Shown here in pieces: positions 35,041 to 49,810 of a DNA stretch of 64,000 bases. The stretch is from Podarcis gaigeae (lineage: Eukaryota), in the NCBI GenBank assembly GCA_964106915.2, contig OZ066928.1, one strand, 5' to 3'. Numbering within the stretch: position 1 is the first letter of the stretch; each line of letters opens with the position of its first letter. Below the pieces are notes generated by a model. That model searched no databases, was not told the origin of the DNA, and saw only the letters and a list, made by a program, of their open reading frames with translations. The position numbers and the translations under genes were made by a program.

Positions 35041-38000
35041 AATTACTTGGCTTATTAATATCCCAAGATTAATGGAAATGATACAAAATAGAATCATATA
35101 ATTTACATGCAAAATTGAAAAATATAAAATTGAATGGATAGAAATTGATACAAAATGGGGTAAAGGATAATATTATTAATTAGGTAGTAGCTGGATATGA
35201 TTGGCAAATGAATTTTAAAGTAGCATTGACAAAGCCACTAAAGTAAACGAAATAACTCCTATCTCCCTCCAGCCCATCTGGTTGTGAAATAATTCTAAGC
35301 ATATTACAGCAATATTAGGCTGCCCTGACCTCAGGAACTTTTGTGCCAAGTTTGAAAATTGGAAATATTTAAGGAAAATTATGGTCCACTTGAGAAATCA
35401 TGCATCAAATATATGGTCCCCTTGTAAAACGAAAAATAGATACTGCATACTTTCCAACAAGGTACCTTGACGCCAGAAACAGGAATGTGCGTCTTCGCAG
35501 CCCTGATCCTCCACAAGTCAGATTATCTGTGTGGGATCACTGAGCCAGAAAACATGTGTTTTGGGGCAAAACTCACAAGATCGCAACCTCACACAAAATT
35601 ACAATGCTCAAAAAAGCACATTTCTGGGCTCTCTGATTTTGCATCAAATCACAATCTTGCATGTTTTGCCCCAAAATGTGTGTTTTCAGGCTCCATGGTC
35701 TCACATGAGGTCCGAACCGCACACATTGTTGAGTAGCATGCTGAAAGTACAGCATCAAAAAATTGAATGCCCGGCTTAGATTGGAACAGTTGATGGGTAT
35801 GGATACTGTACTTGAATTGTCTTTGACAACATGGATTAAGACTAGTGCTCATTCTACAGTTTGAGTTATGGTGGCTTTTAGACAACAAGAGAGAATGTAA
35901 CCCATGATCTCAGACTCTTGAGAAGAGGCATCCAGTATATGGGCCCTCCCATATAAACAGATGGAAGAGAATCAAGCCTTGTAGCCACATTCTGAATGTC
36001 TTCTAATTTGGTTTCCAAATGTTTCAACTGAAACTGGGTTTGTGAATACAGGGTGATTTTTCATACCCTTTGATCTACTTCAATGAAATACGGCCTAAGG
36101 CAGACCCAAATATTGTGCCTACTTCACAGGAATTTGCAGGTTCAGTTGCAATAAAATATTGCCATATCTTCCAACATTCCTCAGATGAAAATAGGGACAT
36201 TTTTCACTCTCCCCAACGTACCCTCCTCAATCTCTTGTTTATTGCTCCGCACCCCCAAGCATTTCCCATCAGAAGAAAGGTGAATGCCACAGTCATTACA
36301 CCAGTGGGACACGGCACACACGTGCCCGGCAAAAACACCTTAATCCAGACTTTACAAAATGAGAAGCATGCACCATTTATTATTATTTTTAGAAAGGGGC
36401 ACCCCACTCCCCCTTTCTCCCACCTAGGGCAGCCCTCCCTCTGCCTGCCTCTCAGAATGACCAATACAATACAATGAATGACCAATACGAATGAAACTGG
36501 GAAAAGAGGACATCCTTGTCTTGTACCTTGGGCTAGTGTTATTTGTTCTGTTATTTGTTCTCCTCCTCCACTCTCCAGTAGCTGCTATGAGCTGCCCAAG
36601 GAAGGAAGCCAGCAGTGGCCATGGAGAGGCAACAAGGTGCTCCCTCACTGCTGCTGCCATCGCTGTTGCTTGGGAGAAGCACCAAATCATCCTCCTCCCC
36701 GATCTTGGTGGCAGTATCACTGGTGGGAGAAACAAGGACATTCCAGGATCAAAACAGAAGCCAAGATGGCTTCCAGAATTCTGGGATTGACCCTGGAAAA
36801 TTGGGACACTTGAAGGGTATGAGATATGCTATTAAGACAAATGGGTTACAAGGCCTGGAAGCTAATAAAGGATCAGTTTGCCCAGTGCTTGGTCAACCAG
36901 TAGAAGCAGTTTGGAAAGGTCCATTGGGATTACATTGTTTGCAATGGGGATAGGATTGATCTGAATATTTTGCAAAATGCAACAAGCACTTTGTTAGATA
37001 TCAGGCTGAATGTACTCTGTATAATTTAAGACCAATCCCGCTTCCAGAACTGGGCTTTTGGCAATATAGTCATAAGTGAGACTGGGCACCAGTGGCTCCA
37101 AGACCCTGGATCCGGTAATTTATTTCGTTTTCATGGTGTTCAATCTTTGATTTTTACCTTTATCTTCACCTTGTAAAATGTGTTCATTTGAAAGCTTTAA
37201 GGTTGTTTGTATTTTGATGCAGACTTTCTGATACTAAATGTTTCAGAGAGTAGTTATGTTCTTTTGTGTTGCTCAATGAATATGGATGAGACAATTTGAT
37301 CCAATAGGTTGTGCTATCCATAGACCTTAGCCTAACAGGTTATCAGGGCTGTTAATCCCAGGCCCTGCTGGACCTCCATATGCATCACAACCAGCAGTTA
37401 AGGTGTATTTTATGCACACGGGAGATGAGCCATGGTGGATCAATATGGATTATGCTATGCCAGTCTGTGTCTTTCCTGTGAAAGCTGCTTGGATCCGTGA
37501 ACACTTTTGCTGCTTCTGATAAAAAGCTCATGAAGAGCTTGGCAGTGCAGCTTGATTAGCGTGGTGGGAAAGCGTACGTGTAACCCAAACAACGTGGGGG
37601 TATAACGCTTCTTGCAAGCGAACTCTGCAAGTTTCACAAAGATTATTGCGTGGGGGGACTGCTTATACAACCAGGTTGCCCTTAGCTCATTCATATGGGT
37701 TTTATGTTGGTCCACCCCTATGAATAGAGCAACTGGTGGGAAGGTCCAACCCTCCTGCTCCGCCTGCTCAACAGTTAAAAAGCAACCCAGCTCTTGCGCT
37801 CTTCCTTTAACTTTTTTGGAGCGAAGGAGGTAACATCACTGTATTTTTCTTTCTTCTTGCTGATATCTGCCTTGCTTTGAGTCCGTTGCCTGTGGTAAGG
37901 ACAGGGCCTGGACTACGTTCGGTAAGTGAATTTTTACTGCTCTAATATGCTAGGAACTTCAAATTATTTCACAACTAGATTTGCTGCAGGTGTAGGAGTT

Positions 38001-39169
38001 GCATTATTTACTTTGAATGCTACTTTTTAACCCATATGCCAATCATATCCATTGTTTCCATTTTCTATATGAATTTTGTATCATTCATAATTCTATTTAA
38101 TAGCATTTACAATTTTCATTTCAATTTTTTTCATTTAATTTATTTTTATTTCATTTCATTTCAATTAAGCTTTGTATATCAAGTAATATGTAATGTGTTT
38201 CCGTTACATTCAGTTGTCAGTGAGGTTTTTTAAAACTGTGTTACTGGTAGCTTTACTGAGTTTCACTTGGCTACTTCATAGCAAAATTGAACTTATTGGG
38301 ATCCAATAAAAATTGGAGCATTGGGCAGGATTTGGCATGGTGTTTACCGAGCTTGATTGTATCACCATACTGGCAGTTTCTTATCTTGATAACAAGTATT
38401 GAGTCCCCCCCCCCCCGCGAATCTGTCTCCTCTTTATAGTAGTTCCAGGGGAGTCTTGCCAGTAGACCACATGCTGTGGTGTGGATCTTTGAACCATTCC
38501 CAATCATGCTAACTGTTGATGGCTAGAGAAACTCCTATATGAGAAAAGCTTGTGTTTAGGGCTTTTTAGTTCAGAAAAAAGGTAAATGGGGGCATGTAGA
38601 GGTTCATAAAATTGTGTACTGTGTGAGAAAGTAGGAATTCCACCCCCCCCCCTTGATATTTTCCATTGGTGGGATATTCAGGACAAAGTACTTGTTCAAT
38701 ACAAATCAGATTTTTGAAAGTATTATATAGCATTTTTTATCAATAGAAATGATACAAAAAATCACAAACATGATCCTTTCACACTTGAATTCAAATCTGT
38801 TATCAATAAAATGGAAGAGTGGAAGAGAATATATTTGCTATAATAATAATAATTTATTATGTATACCCCACCCATCTGACTGAGTTACCCCAGCCACTCT
38901 GGGCGGCTTCCAATCAACAATACAGCATTTGCTATGTGTTGAAAACAATACAGCATTTGCTATGTGTTGAAATGGATATTAATAGCACAAACAAGTGGGC
39001 TGCAGGGTTCTGTCTTGTTCAACGTCTTTATGGAGCTACTTGGATGAAGGAGTTGATGGGATGCTCATCCCATTTTGAAGTCATCAGCAAGTTTTACCAG
39101 CATCCCTTCATCCAGGTAGTTCATGGCACCTTCTAGAAAAATAGCACTGGTACTGCTCTATTGTGTCTT

Positions 39170-39597
39170 GGTCTTCTGTGTCTAGTTCTGTGTGCTGCAA
39201 TTTAAGGATACAGACAAGCTGGAATATGTGCAGGAGCGGATGATCAAAGGTCTGGAAACCAAACCTTTTGAGGAATGGTTGAATTGGAAATGTTTAGCTT
39301 GGATAAGTTGAGAATGAGAAGATATACGATAGCCATCCTCAAATGTCTAAAGAGCTTTCACATGGAAGATGGCGCAAGCTTTGTTTTCTCCTGCTCCTGT
39401 CCAATGGACTCTTGATTAAACATTAGGAAGAACTTTATGATGGCAAAAGCTTTCAGAAGTTGGTATGAGTCTCCTTCATTAGAGGTTTATAAGCAGAGTT
39501 TGGATGGCCATCTATCACAGTTGCTTTCGTTGAAATTCCTGCATAGCAGGGGTTAGACTAGATGACCCTTGGGGTTCCTCCCAACTTTATTATTTGA
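39170..39597 (+). mobile_element. CR1 LINE 3' end, degenerate
   Basis: Ends with gggttagactagatgacccttggggtt...ccaact, a typical CR1 terminus. Confidence 0.75.
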
Positions 39598-40249
39598 TCT
39601 CAGTGAACGTAATTAGTGTGTCGAGGATTATAGCCTAAAATACTTTGGCTTCAGGGTGATTAGCTGTTTCCTATTTTCAATGGGAAACTCTCCAGTAAAG
39701 GAGAGCAACAGCGCCATCTTATGCGTCCGAAGCCCAGCTGAATATTCAGCAAGGCTTGGGGTGCGATCCGATGGATTGCCGACTTAAAAAGCAAGCCCAC
39801 TGGGTTCCACAAGGCTTACTCCAAAGTAGCCCTTGGTTAGGATGGCAGCCGCGACCCCTTTGCCAACCGCTGAGGGGACAAAAGATTCCTTAAAGGGCTG
39901 GCCAGATACAACCGCGGCGACGTTTAAAAACGAGTTGGGGGAGCAAGAATCACGACTTGCACATGAGAAAAAGCGAACGGTAGAGAAACTCAGTTGTGTG
40001 TTTTTTGTGGGGAGGGGGACACCTGCCATGTCTTTTATTGCCTCTTTGAAATAACCATTCGACGCGTTTTGAGGTACCAAACTCAGTTATCGTTTATTGT
40101 AACGGTGATGAAATGACCTGTTAAGTTCCCGTGTTTTTTTTTTTGACTGGGGCGGGTTTCGAGATCAGAACTCCTGCCGTACCCACCCACCCCCAAAAAA
40201 TCAGGTCGGTTATTTTCCATCATTTATTTTTCTGGGGTATCGTCAAGAC

Positions 40250-41900
40250 CACATCACCCCTCCTTTCTGGTCAGCGATGGCGTGAAGCGACGGACCACCG
40301 AGCGCTCGCGCATCTTCGGTGGCCGCGATCCTCCCCCCCCCCCCCCCCGTCACTGCAGTCAATCCAGGGCGCCTCTCGACTGGCTTTTGTTTTGCTTGGG
40401 CTCCCCCCCCCCCGCGCGACAACTAATGGCAAGGAAAGTACTGGCATATAGAAAGCCTCATTCGCTTTTGCTACGCATGCTCTGGACACCAGCGGCGGCG
40501 GCAGGGTCTCAGAAGATGAGAGAGATGGGGGGGTTAAACAAGATGAGGGGGGCGCGCAAGTGCGCGCGGTTGATGCTTGCGCCTGGGTGACGTGTGTTCC
40601 AGCAACGGCTGGTCGCGAGACTGCTGGTGGTTGCGTGGGGGGGGCCGAGGGTGAAGAGAGAAAGGGAGGGGGGAGTGAGTTTGCGAGTGAGCAGGCCGCG
40701 CGCGCTCCCGCCCGCCTGCCGTTTCCTACCCTAGCCTGTGATTGGTGCAGGCCTCGGACCTGGCGGACCCCGAATGCCAGGCCCCGAAAAGCGACAGCCG
40801 AGGCGGCCGGGTCCTCGGGCCTGCACTCCCCACCCGCTCGGGCCCGAGCCCGCCAAGCGAAGGTGAGGAGGAGAGCGGCGGCGGTGTGGGGGGAAGCGGG
40901 GAAGGGGATGTACGCTCAGCCGCGGCAAGGGAATTGAGCAGAAATTCGATTTTATTTTTTAAAAAACGGGGAGGCGGCGGGGGAGGAGGCGCCAGGCCGC
41001 TTAGGCCCCGGAGCAGGCCGCGCCCCGAGGCCTACAGGGCCGCTCATCTAAACAATCGCTTTTTTATTATTTAAAAAACAGAACGAAGCAAAAATACGAA
41101 GCGTATGAACCGGCTCGCGCCTCACAGCCAGGCGGCCGCGAGCGAGCGCTCGGGCTTCTCCCCCTCCGCATACTGCTCGGCCGGGGCTGTGGCCGGGCCC
41201 AAAGGCAGCCAGAAAATGGCGGAAAATAAAATGGCGCCCGTTGCAGCAGAGAAGCGCAGCTCGGCAGAGGCCCTCGTCTCCCTCCACCTTACAGAAGCTC
41301 TTTAAAACACGCGCGTACACACATACACACACATGCCTGCCCGCCCGCTAACTGACACCCAGCGGCTGTAGCAATCAGACAAACCGTCCTCCCTCTTGCG
41401 CCTCATAGTGCCGCGGGACGTAGAAGCACGACAGAAAAGGGGGGGGGGGGAGAGAGAGAGAGAGAAGGAAGCGGCGGCAGTCCGGTGAAGACGAGGCCCG
41501 GCGATGCGGGGAAAGCGTTGCTTTCCCACCTCGCAACTCCTGCTAGGGGAGCTGTCCCTGGTGAAAGCCGCCTCCCGCCTTCCCCGAGAGAGTCTTTTGT
41601 CTCCCACAGCCGACGGGCCCCTTCGCTGCCGTGCTTCCTCTCGGGCCCCGCGCTAGGCACCGCTGGCTCCCTGCCCTCCCTCGGCCGCGCAACACCGCCC
41701 CGGGGAAGGATGGGTACAACCCCACCCCCTTTTGCCCGACTCGGGCTCCAAAGCGCCGCTTTATTGTTTGCTCATCACGGGCGCTGATTGGAAGCGAGAG
41801 GAAGAGGAGGGTTGTGTGTGTGTGTGTGTGTTTGTGTGTGTTTGTATATAGTATGCGCGTCTTCGTCCCATGCACGCGCATTTCCCCAGCTGTCTGTTGC
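40250..41900. promoter_or_regulatory. CpG island promoter of ZNF711, probably bidirectional
   Basis: Abrupt GC/CpG-rich block. ATTGG boxes at 40741 and 41787, YY1-type AAAATGGCG at 41213 and 41228, and a plus-strand donor AAG|GTGAGG at 40862/3. Confidence 0.85.
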
Positions 41901-42667
41901 GCGCTGAGGAATAGCAAGCTAGAAGCCTTATAGAAATGAAGCATATAAATTTAGGTAGCAAAGCAACGCGCCTTGGTCTCGAACATGTGTTTTTGATTCT
42001 CATAAGCAGTCCGATCTCCTCTGCATGTTTACTTTTAAGTTCAGTTGGAACTCACTCGCCCGTGTGCTTTAGTTTTGCAGAGCTTAGCCTGTTCGGGTTT
42101 CCTGGGAAATGATTCAGAAAAAATCCCAACCCAATCTTTTGACATCCTTAAGATGCTGCAGATTTATGCTATAAACTTCAATGGCCTAGAGCCTACTTCA
42201 TCGGATGCATATGATTAAAAACATCTGATCTTGTGTTCCGCTGCAACAGGCTTTTTTTGCTGTGGGAAGTAAGTGCAGCTGACATTCAGTAGGGCTGTAG
42301 ACCTAGATTTCTTACTGCAAGCAAGCATAGTTTATTTTTACCCGAGGAAGTATAATTTTGCATCCACAGTCTTCATTGGGTAGGTCAAGTCCTTTTCCAT
42401 ATATGTTTGTCCTGGACATTTCCATTTGTATTTAATTGTGCAAAATGCCTGGTTGTACAAAATAATTGTACAAAATTTAGGTGTTTCTTTATTAGCACCT
42501 GTAATTCCACTCTTTAAAAAGAAATAAAGAACCATCTGATGTTTAGAAGACATCTGAAGGGAGCCCTGTTTTTAACGACTGATGTTTTAATGTATTTTTT
42601 ATCTCTTATTGGAGGCCACCCAGAAAGGCTGGGGAAACCCCGCCAGATGGGTGGGGTATAAGTAATA

Positions 42668-42709
<42 letters not shown>

Positions 42710-43844
42710 GCCTAATGGCAGCTCTGTTGACTTGGTCCTGCTTAGCTCATCTGCTGTGCTGGTTGTTAAAGTGGCGGGCGAGACAATTGCAGCTGCAGCA
42801 GCCACTTAAAAAAAACAACAACTACCTGCAAACATTTGCTGCTAACAGCTGAGTGACTCAGAGTTACTGCTGTTGACAGGGATGTGGTCTTGCCCAGGAG
42901 GGACTCTATATGCCTTGCAAAAAGATGGATCCCTCATGAGTGGAATGCTTGCAGTGCTATTTATTGCCCACCCTGCAATTTCAGTACCCAGATGTGGCCC
43001 TTTAACAGAAAGATGTGCCTACCCTTGCTGTGGACATTTCTTAGGAACAAGTCCCCATTGAACCAGGGCTAGCTCCAGGTTTTTCTGAGCCTTGTGAATA
43101 TGACTTTTGGTGGGTCTCCTGTCACTGTCATACGCTCTTCTCACATATAAAAATGAAGCAACACATTCACTTTCTCACACAGACGGAACACTTGTCCTGA
43201 TCTGCTAGATTGGGTACTCCTCCGAGGTGGCACTCCTTTTCATACAGTACTGAACAAGGCTATTCAGGCCCTGCTCAGTTAATTTTACCTGTAAACATGC
43301 ATTGTTGGAAGAAAAGGGGAAATTATCTTTTGTGTGCATGGTCAGAAGGTTAAGCTATAAATAAATATGTCATAAGCCCCTGAAATCACATAGGTGATAT
43401 CTTCCATTCCCCCAAGTTACTCCTTGGGATGTGGGCAACAAATGGAAGCCTTAATTATTCAGCATAAGGCAGGTTGCTACTTACTGCTCCACAAAGTTAG
43501 AGCATGGTTAGTAAAACGTAAGAGGAAAGCCCTGTTGACTGGACCATCTCGGGGCCATCCTTTTTCTCACACTGGCCCACCGTGACTAAAGGATGATTAG
43601 AAAGGAAGGGTAGGGCAATCAGGAAGATTCCAGTTTGTCTCATTCAGACACCGGGATTCTGGTGGGATTCTGGTGAACATAGGCACAAGTGTTAACAATG
43701 CTGAGGGATATACCATGCGTTGATTCATACCTGTGTGAGGTGCTACATATTCCTTTTTTATGTAATAATACATTTTATTCAATTTTAAAAGCTTAAACAC
43801 ATTAACCTCAAATTCAAGATATGTTTCTTTTGCAAAACAAACAA

Positions 43845-44190
43845 GGTGACTTCCCACCCTTACCTCTGTGCTGTTCTTATTACCACCCATATTCTGTTGT
43901 ATTATATGTCAAACTATATCTAATACATGTTTCCTTTGTTACATTTATTGTCATTCTCAATCCACTGCTCATAGTTCAAATCCTGTTGATAATTTTGAGT
44001 ATAGTTTTTTCTCAAATACTGCGAAAAGGGTTTCCATTCTTCAATAAAAAGTTGGTCACTTTGGTCTCTCACTCTCAGCTTCACCAGTTCTGCATAGTCC
44101 TTTAGGTTTGCAACCCATTCCTCTTTGGTTGGGACTTTTTCTTCCTTCCAATTGTGCACATATAGGATTCTGGCAGCTGTCATTGTGCAG
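43845..44190 (-). mobile_element. L1-like LINE 3' end
   Basis: TAARILY..NWKEEKVPTKEEW...FIEEWKPFSQYL, resembling the L1 ORF2 C-terminus. Confidence 0.75.
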
Positions 44191-44580
44191 GTATGTTTAT
44201 GGACAGAGAACATGAAATGGTCTTTGTTATGTGGTGGTAAAATTATTGCTGCAGCCTTGTCCCAGTGGCTTTACACACCTGTTGCATGACTCTTTACTAT
44301 TTCACACTCTATAAATGTGCAAAAACTGCAACAAAAATCGTTAGCTGTCAAAGCACAAAATAAATGTATTATTTTATCTCCCCTGCCCTACCAGGAGAGG
44401 CTGAGGAGTCATGCTGATATTTGCTCTTGGTGTAAAGTCTAGTAAGAAGAAGATGCACACATGCACTTGCTAAATATGTGTGCACTGAATTCTGTATGAA
44501 ACACATTCTAAGATAGTTATGTTACTACAAGTAGTAATTTCTATTCACTTTCTTTTCTCAGTTTGTGAGCATAGAAGATT

Positions 44581-44659
44581 ATGGATCCAGGTGGTGGAAG
44601 TCTTGGGTTGCAGACACAGGAGTCCAAAATGCCTCACACTATGATTATGCAGGATTTTG
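44581..44659 (+). CDS. ZNF711: ZNF711 first coding exon ([26 protein letters not shown])
   Basis: Acceptor at 44561, ATG at 44581, donor G|GTAAAA. Matches the ZNF711 N-terminus. Confidence 0.93.
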
Positions 44660-46116
44660 GTAAAACAACAACAAACTTTTATTTTTAACTTGACTGTTTA
44701 CTAATCACCTGCTGTATATTATGAATGAATAACGAATGGCATGGGTGCAAAACATGGCATAGGTAGTAGGAGAGGAGCCTGAGAGTCGCTGTACCACAGT
44801 GGGTGGCTGACACTTTTGGCTACTTCTTCTGCGTAGCAGTATTGCTGGCTTGCTGCCTTAGTAGACCAGAGGCATGGGGAATGTGTATGGACTGCAGTAT
44901 ACACAATTGTTTATAATATTCTTGTATTTAATTTTTGAAATAATGGAATCCGCAATATTAGATGGCAGTAGAGAGTTAAAAATATTTTTTAATCAGTTGT
45001 ATTCCATATACTAGGAAAGCAATTCTATAACTAGATCTGCCAAGATGAGTGGGTTAGGATCCATAAAATCTTCAGCTCATCCAGGAGATTCCAGCACATC
45101 TAGGTTATGCTGGTTTAACTCTCTCATTCATTGCACACCAGTTTATCTCCCCCATCGCAGCTCAGCTGTAACTCAACTGACTCACTTGAGCCCAGTGGAT
45201 CTTAAGCTGGCATAAGTCTTGTAAAAATAACATGGTGTGTGCAGAATTAGAGAGACTTAGGCTGGATCGTAACCTGTTCAGGTCAGTCATGTGATCTGGC
45301 ATAAGTCAAGCCAGCAAAAAAGGTACTATATCTCAAAATATATATATATATTTGTAAGGCTTGTTTTCTCTCTGCCAGACTTAGGGCAGTAACTGTGCGC
45401 CTGAATAGCATTTGAATCTGGTGTAACTTTCTGGTGTAAGCCAGTTAACTTATACTGGCTTGCTTTACACCAGCTTCTTGTGTATAGAATTGCTCTATAA
45501 CAACCTAAGCATGTATACTCAGAAGTAAGTTCTTTGTACTGATTTTTAATCTCTAGTAGGTGTGTTGTACTATAGCACAAATACTTGCCAAAGTTGATCA
45601 TTATATGCATAATAATATAATTGAACAACTTAATTGAATTCCTTAAGCATTGGGTGATATCTAGGATAACACAAGAGGGTGCCTGCTCCTGTAGTGGGAT
45701 TTCTCTTTTGTCTCCTCACCCTGCGGTTTTCATGTGCACCTAAAATATGATCCAGAGGGTTGGATGACTCTTTAGAGCAGATCTTGGGGGCTGGAGAATA
45801 GAAACCAAAAACTTCATTGTGGTAGTGGAGTTTTGTTGCACAAGCAAGCAGACATTATTGAATGTCACAATTTTTTCTGAATATGGTTATCAAATATTTC
45901 CAGCAAAACCTCCCCTTCCCTTCAGAAGACCAGACTTCACATGAGCTACTGTCACCTATCCTACCTATGGGGAGGATAGCTCAATTACAGAACACTCTCC
46001 TAATATGCCCTCTTTAAACTAAAATTAAATGTAATGAAAGGTAGGAGAGTAGTTTGTCTGACTGCATTCATTCTATGTATTTCTTAGATGCATAGTATTG
46101 TTCTACAGCAATATAA

Positions 46117-46701
<585 letters not shown>

Positions 46702-47469
46702 TGACATTTGAGTCTGTTCAGACTAGAAGTGATCCAGTGATGAGAGGTTATGAAGTATAATTGGTTGTTAGTTTGAATATAATTTTCCCAATAAAATTTT
46801 GGAAGAAATAGCATTACAACCGTAAAATACTCAATACTGTTTAAAAATGGTTTCTAGTTAGTAGCGGTAGGTGGCTAGTGTACATAAATCTTTATCCAGT
46901 TGTACCCCTCTGCTTAAAGAATACTGTTGGATTGAGAAGAGGCTCCCATGAGCCAAAATGGAAATTTCTGCAAATTCCCCTTTCTCCTGCAATTATTCAC
47001 ACTTCCTACTTCACTTCCAAAGGGCTCACCAGCTCTCTTGAGCAGATTTTGGAGGAGTTGCAGAGGAAAGAGAATTTGAGAAAATAAATTCTACCTTCTC
47101 TTTCTGCTAACAGAAACCTCTTAGATCAAAGAGCCTTCTATCAGCAGAAGAACACGATAGGATAGAATACAGCTCACAGTGAGATTTTGTTTTCACAGTT
47201 AAAGAGGTTTATGGGAACAGTACAACATTCTAATATATATATATTCTTGGAACCATGGCTGGGAGGACTTGACAATTCTTATGAAAGACTCTTCAAAAAC
47301 AAAACAAAAAACTTCCATAGCAGTGCACATACAACACTTCAATTCTTTGCATTCTTTAGAACACATTTCCAAATGGAGTACTTCAATGTTAAATAAGTAG
47401 ACATTTTTAAAGGTTAATTTGAAAACAACAACAAAAAACTAATTTTATAATGGGCAGTTATGGGAATTA

Positions 47470-47720
47470 GTAGATCCCGAACGCCTTGGATCCCGAACGC
47501 CTTGCAAGTCTAACATTTTGGCTCCCAAATGCCGCAAACCTGGAAGTGAGTGTTCCAGTTTGCGAACATTCTTTGGAACCTGAACGTCTGACGGGGCTTC
47601 CATGGCTTCTGATTGGCTACAGGAGCTTCCTGCAGCTAATCGGAAGCCATGCTTTGGTTTGTGAACGTTTTGGAAGTCGAACGGACTTCCGGAACAGATT
47701 CCGTTCGACTTCCAAGGTAC
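47470..47720. mobile_element. Tigger-like MITE, partial
   Basis: CpG-containing repeat ending CCAAGGTAC, resembling the Tigger-like TIR. Confidence 0.55.
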
Positions 47721-49256
47721 ATGAATTGAAGATCGGATAGTAAGAACAACAGACTTGTGGCATCTTTAAAGACTTACAAAATTACCATGACATGAGCTTC
47801 TGTGGATTATGACCCACTTCATCAGATGCATGCAGGGTTTTCTGAGCTAGAAAGATGTTTGTTTGTGTTGCCGTTAAGGTGCCACCAAGACTCCTTTGTT
47901 GATTTTCTGAGGGAAACTAACATGGTATGACAACTGTTACAAGGAAGACATCAGTCTGTGTAAGCTAAAAAAAAAAAACCCCCACACAAATAATGAAATA
48001 TCTCTTTATTTTTGTTTTTGATGTTTGTGATGTTCAAACACCCACAGTGGATTGCTAGCTCTTGATCCATATGATAGCCCTGCATGCACAGTACTGGTAA
48101 TCCTATGCTACCCATTGCAGCTGTTCTTTAGGGGTAACATAATATTCCACTACCAGCTTCCTTCAAAAATCTGTTATTTTATTTAAAGCAATTTCTAAAC
48201 AACTTAAAATTGAAAGTCTCTAAGTGGTATACAAAAATGCAGACATGAAAACAGTAAAAACGAAAAGTATCATAAAAACAACAACAAAACCTAGTAATAA
48301 CAGGGTCCAATCTTATTCTTATTGCTTACTACAGTATAGTAGGTTGACAACGTTTTCGTGGTGTCACGCCACTTCCCTTAGCAAGGATTCCACCACCAGT
48401 AATGTCATCACGGCAGTCTGGATTGGTGGTGGAGTTTCTTACAAGCAATGTTTAGATTCACATTGTGGGTCATGCTGTAGACCACATGTTCAGAAATTAT
48501 TATTTGAGCCATAATATGGGTGGCTAAGCCACATCATTGTATGCTGGCCAAAAGTTACCTAGTCCTGCAATATGGTGCTGCATAGTTTGCTAAAATTAAG
48601 AATACATTCCTCTATTGAGATAGAACCTAGGTAAAGCAAATTTAAACTTACTGAATAAAAGCACAACTGTGAAACTACGTCTCATGGACTTCTGTGCTTG
48701 GTGTGACATCACCAGCATAGTCTATGCTGAGACATCATATGAATTGAGAGCTGGCAATCTACAGTGAATCTGAACATCTCACATCTGGAAACAGCTGAAA
48801 AGGGAAGTTAGAGGCGGCAAATATTACCCTTTTTCTTCTTTGGTAAACAGGCTTTTCTGCAGAATTTCTCTTGCAAACAATCCCTTCACACTTATTTGTG
48901 CTGAGAGCAACAATATAATATAACTGGAATTTACAGAATTTATTCAGTTTCTTCCACTAATGGGTTTACTATGTGGACCAGACCAGAAAGTAATAGTCCT
49001 GCAGCTATTACTTTAAAATGAAAATTTTGGTGAGGAGAGTTGTGAGATTATTAATGCATGAAACTGAAATTTCTTCATTTAGTTCATATCTATATGATGA
49101 TGTCTGTGCAAATCTTGTTACACCTAGGTATATTTTGTTGAGAAAGAAGCATGGGTTGAAGGAGGAATCCAAAGTGTGCATATTGAATGGAATTGACATA
49201 AGTAATTAACTTAGATGTCAAGCTATGGTTGATCGATACAGTACATTTGTCTGAAG

Positions 49257-49260
<4 letters not shown>

Positions 49261-49297
<37 letters not shown>
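49261..49297. repeat. (AC)n microsatellite
   Basis: Read directly from the sequence. Confidence 0.95.
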
Positions 49298-49302
<5 letters not shown>

Positions 49303-49810
49303 GTAGCATCCCTTAAAATACCTTGCAAGAGTTGAAAAATGTGAGCACATTTGCGACATTTTTATTTAACCCCTTGTTTCCAATATTTTAAGCACCTAAC
49401 ATGTCTCTGTAACAAGGGCTTTAAAAAATGGAAAAACAACAACAGTGTGATAAATTAATGTTTTGTAACCACTTGTAAGGTCTACCCGAAAAGCAATATA
49501 TAAACACCTTAAATAAATAAAAATAACACAGAACGTTGATAACTACTTCAGAAACAGTATGTTATTTCCTGACTTCCTGTGATTCCAGCTGAAAAGCTTT
49601 CTTTTCAAGCAGCTGTTTTCAGTAGAGTTTAACAATGTAATATCTACTTAGAAGTAATCCTGTCTGAGTTCAGTCAGGCTTACCAGCACTTACTTTCCGG
49701 TAAGTGTGTGTAGGACTGTATCCTAAATGTCTCCTCTGTTTGCATCCGACTAAATCCATGTCACTGTTCCACATTTTTAAGGCAGCATGTTTGGGAAAGA
49801 AATGTTAGTA

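Noticed and set aside
40271-42003. Cluster of 70-130 aa ORFs on both strands
   Set aside because: Stop codons are depleted in a GC-rich CpG island, and the peptides are low-complexity with no recognisable domains.
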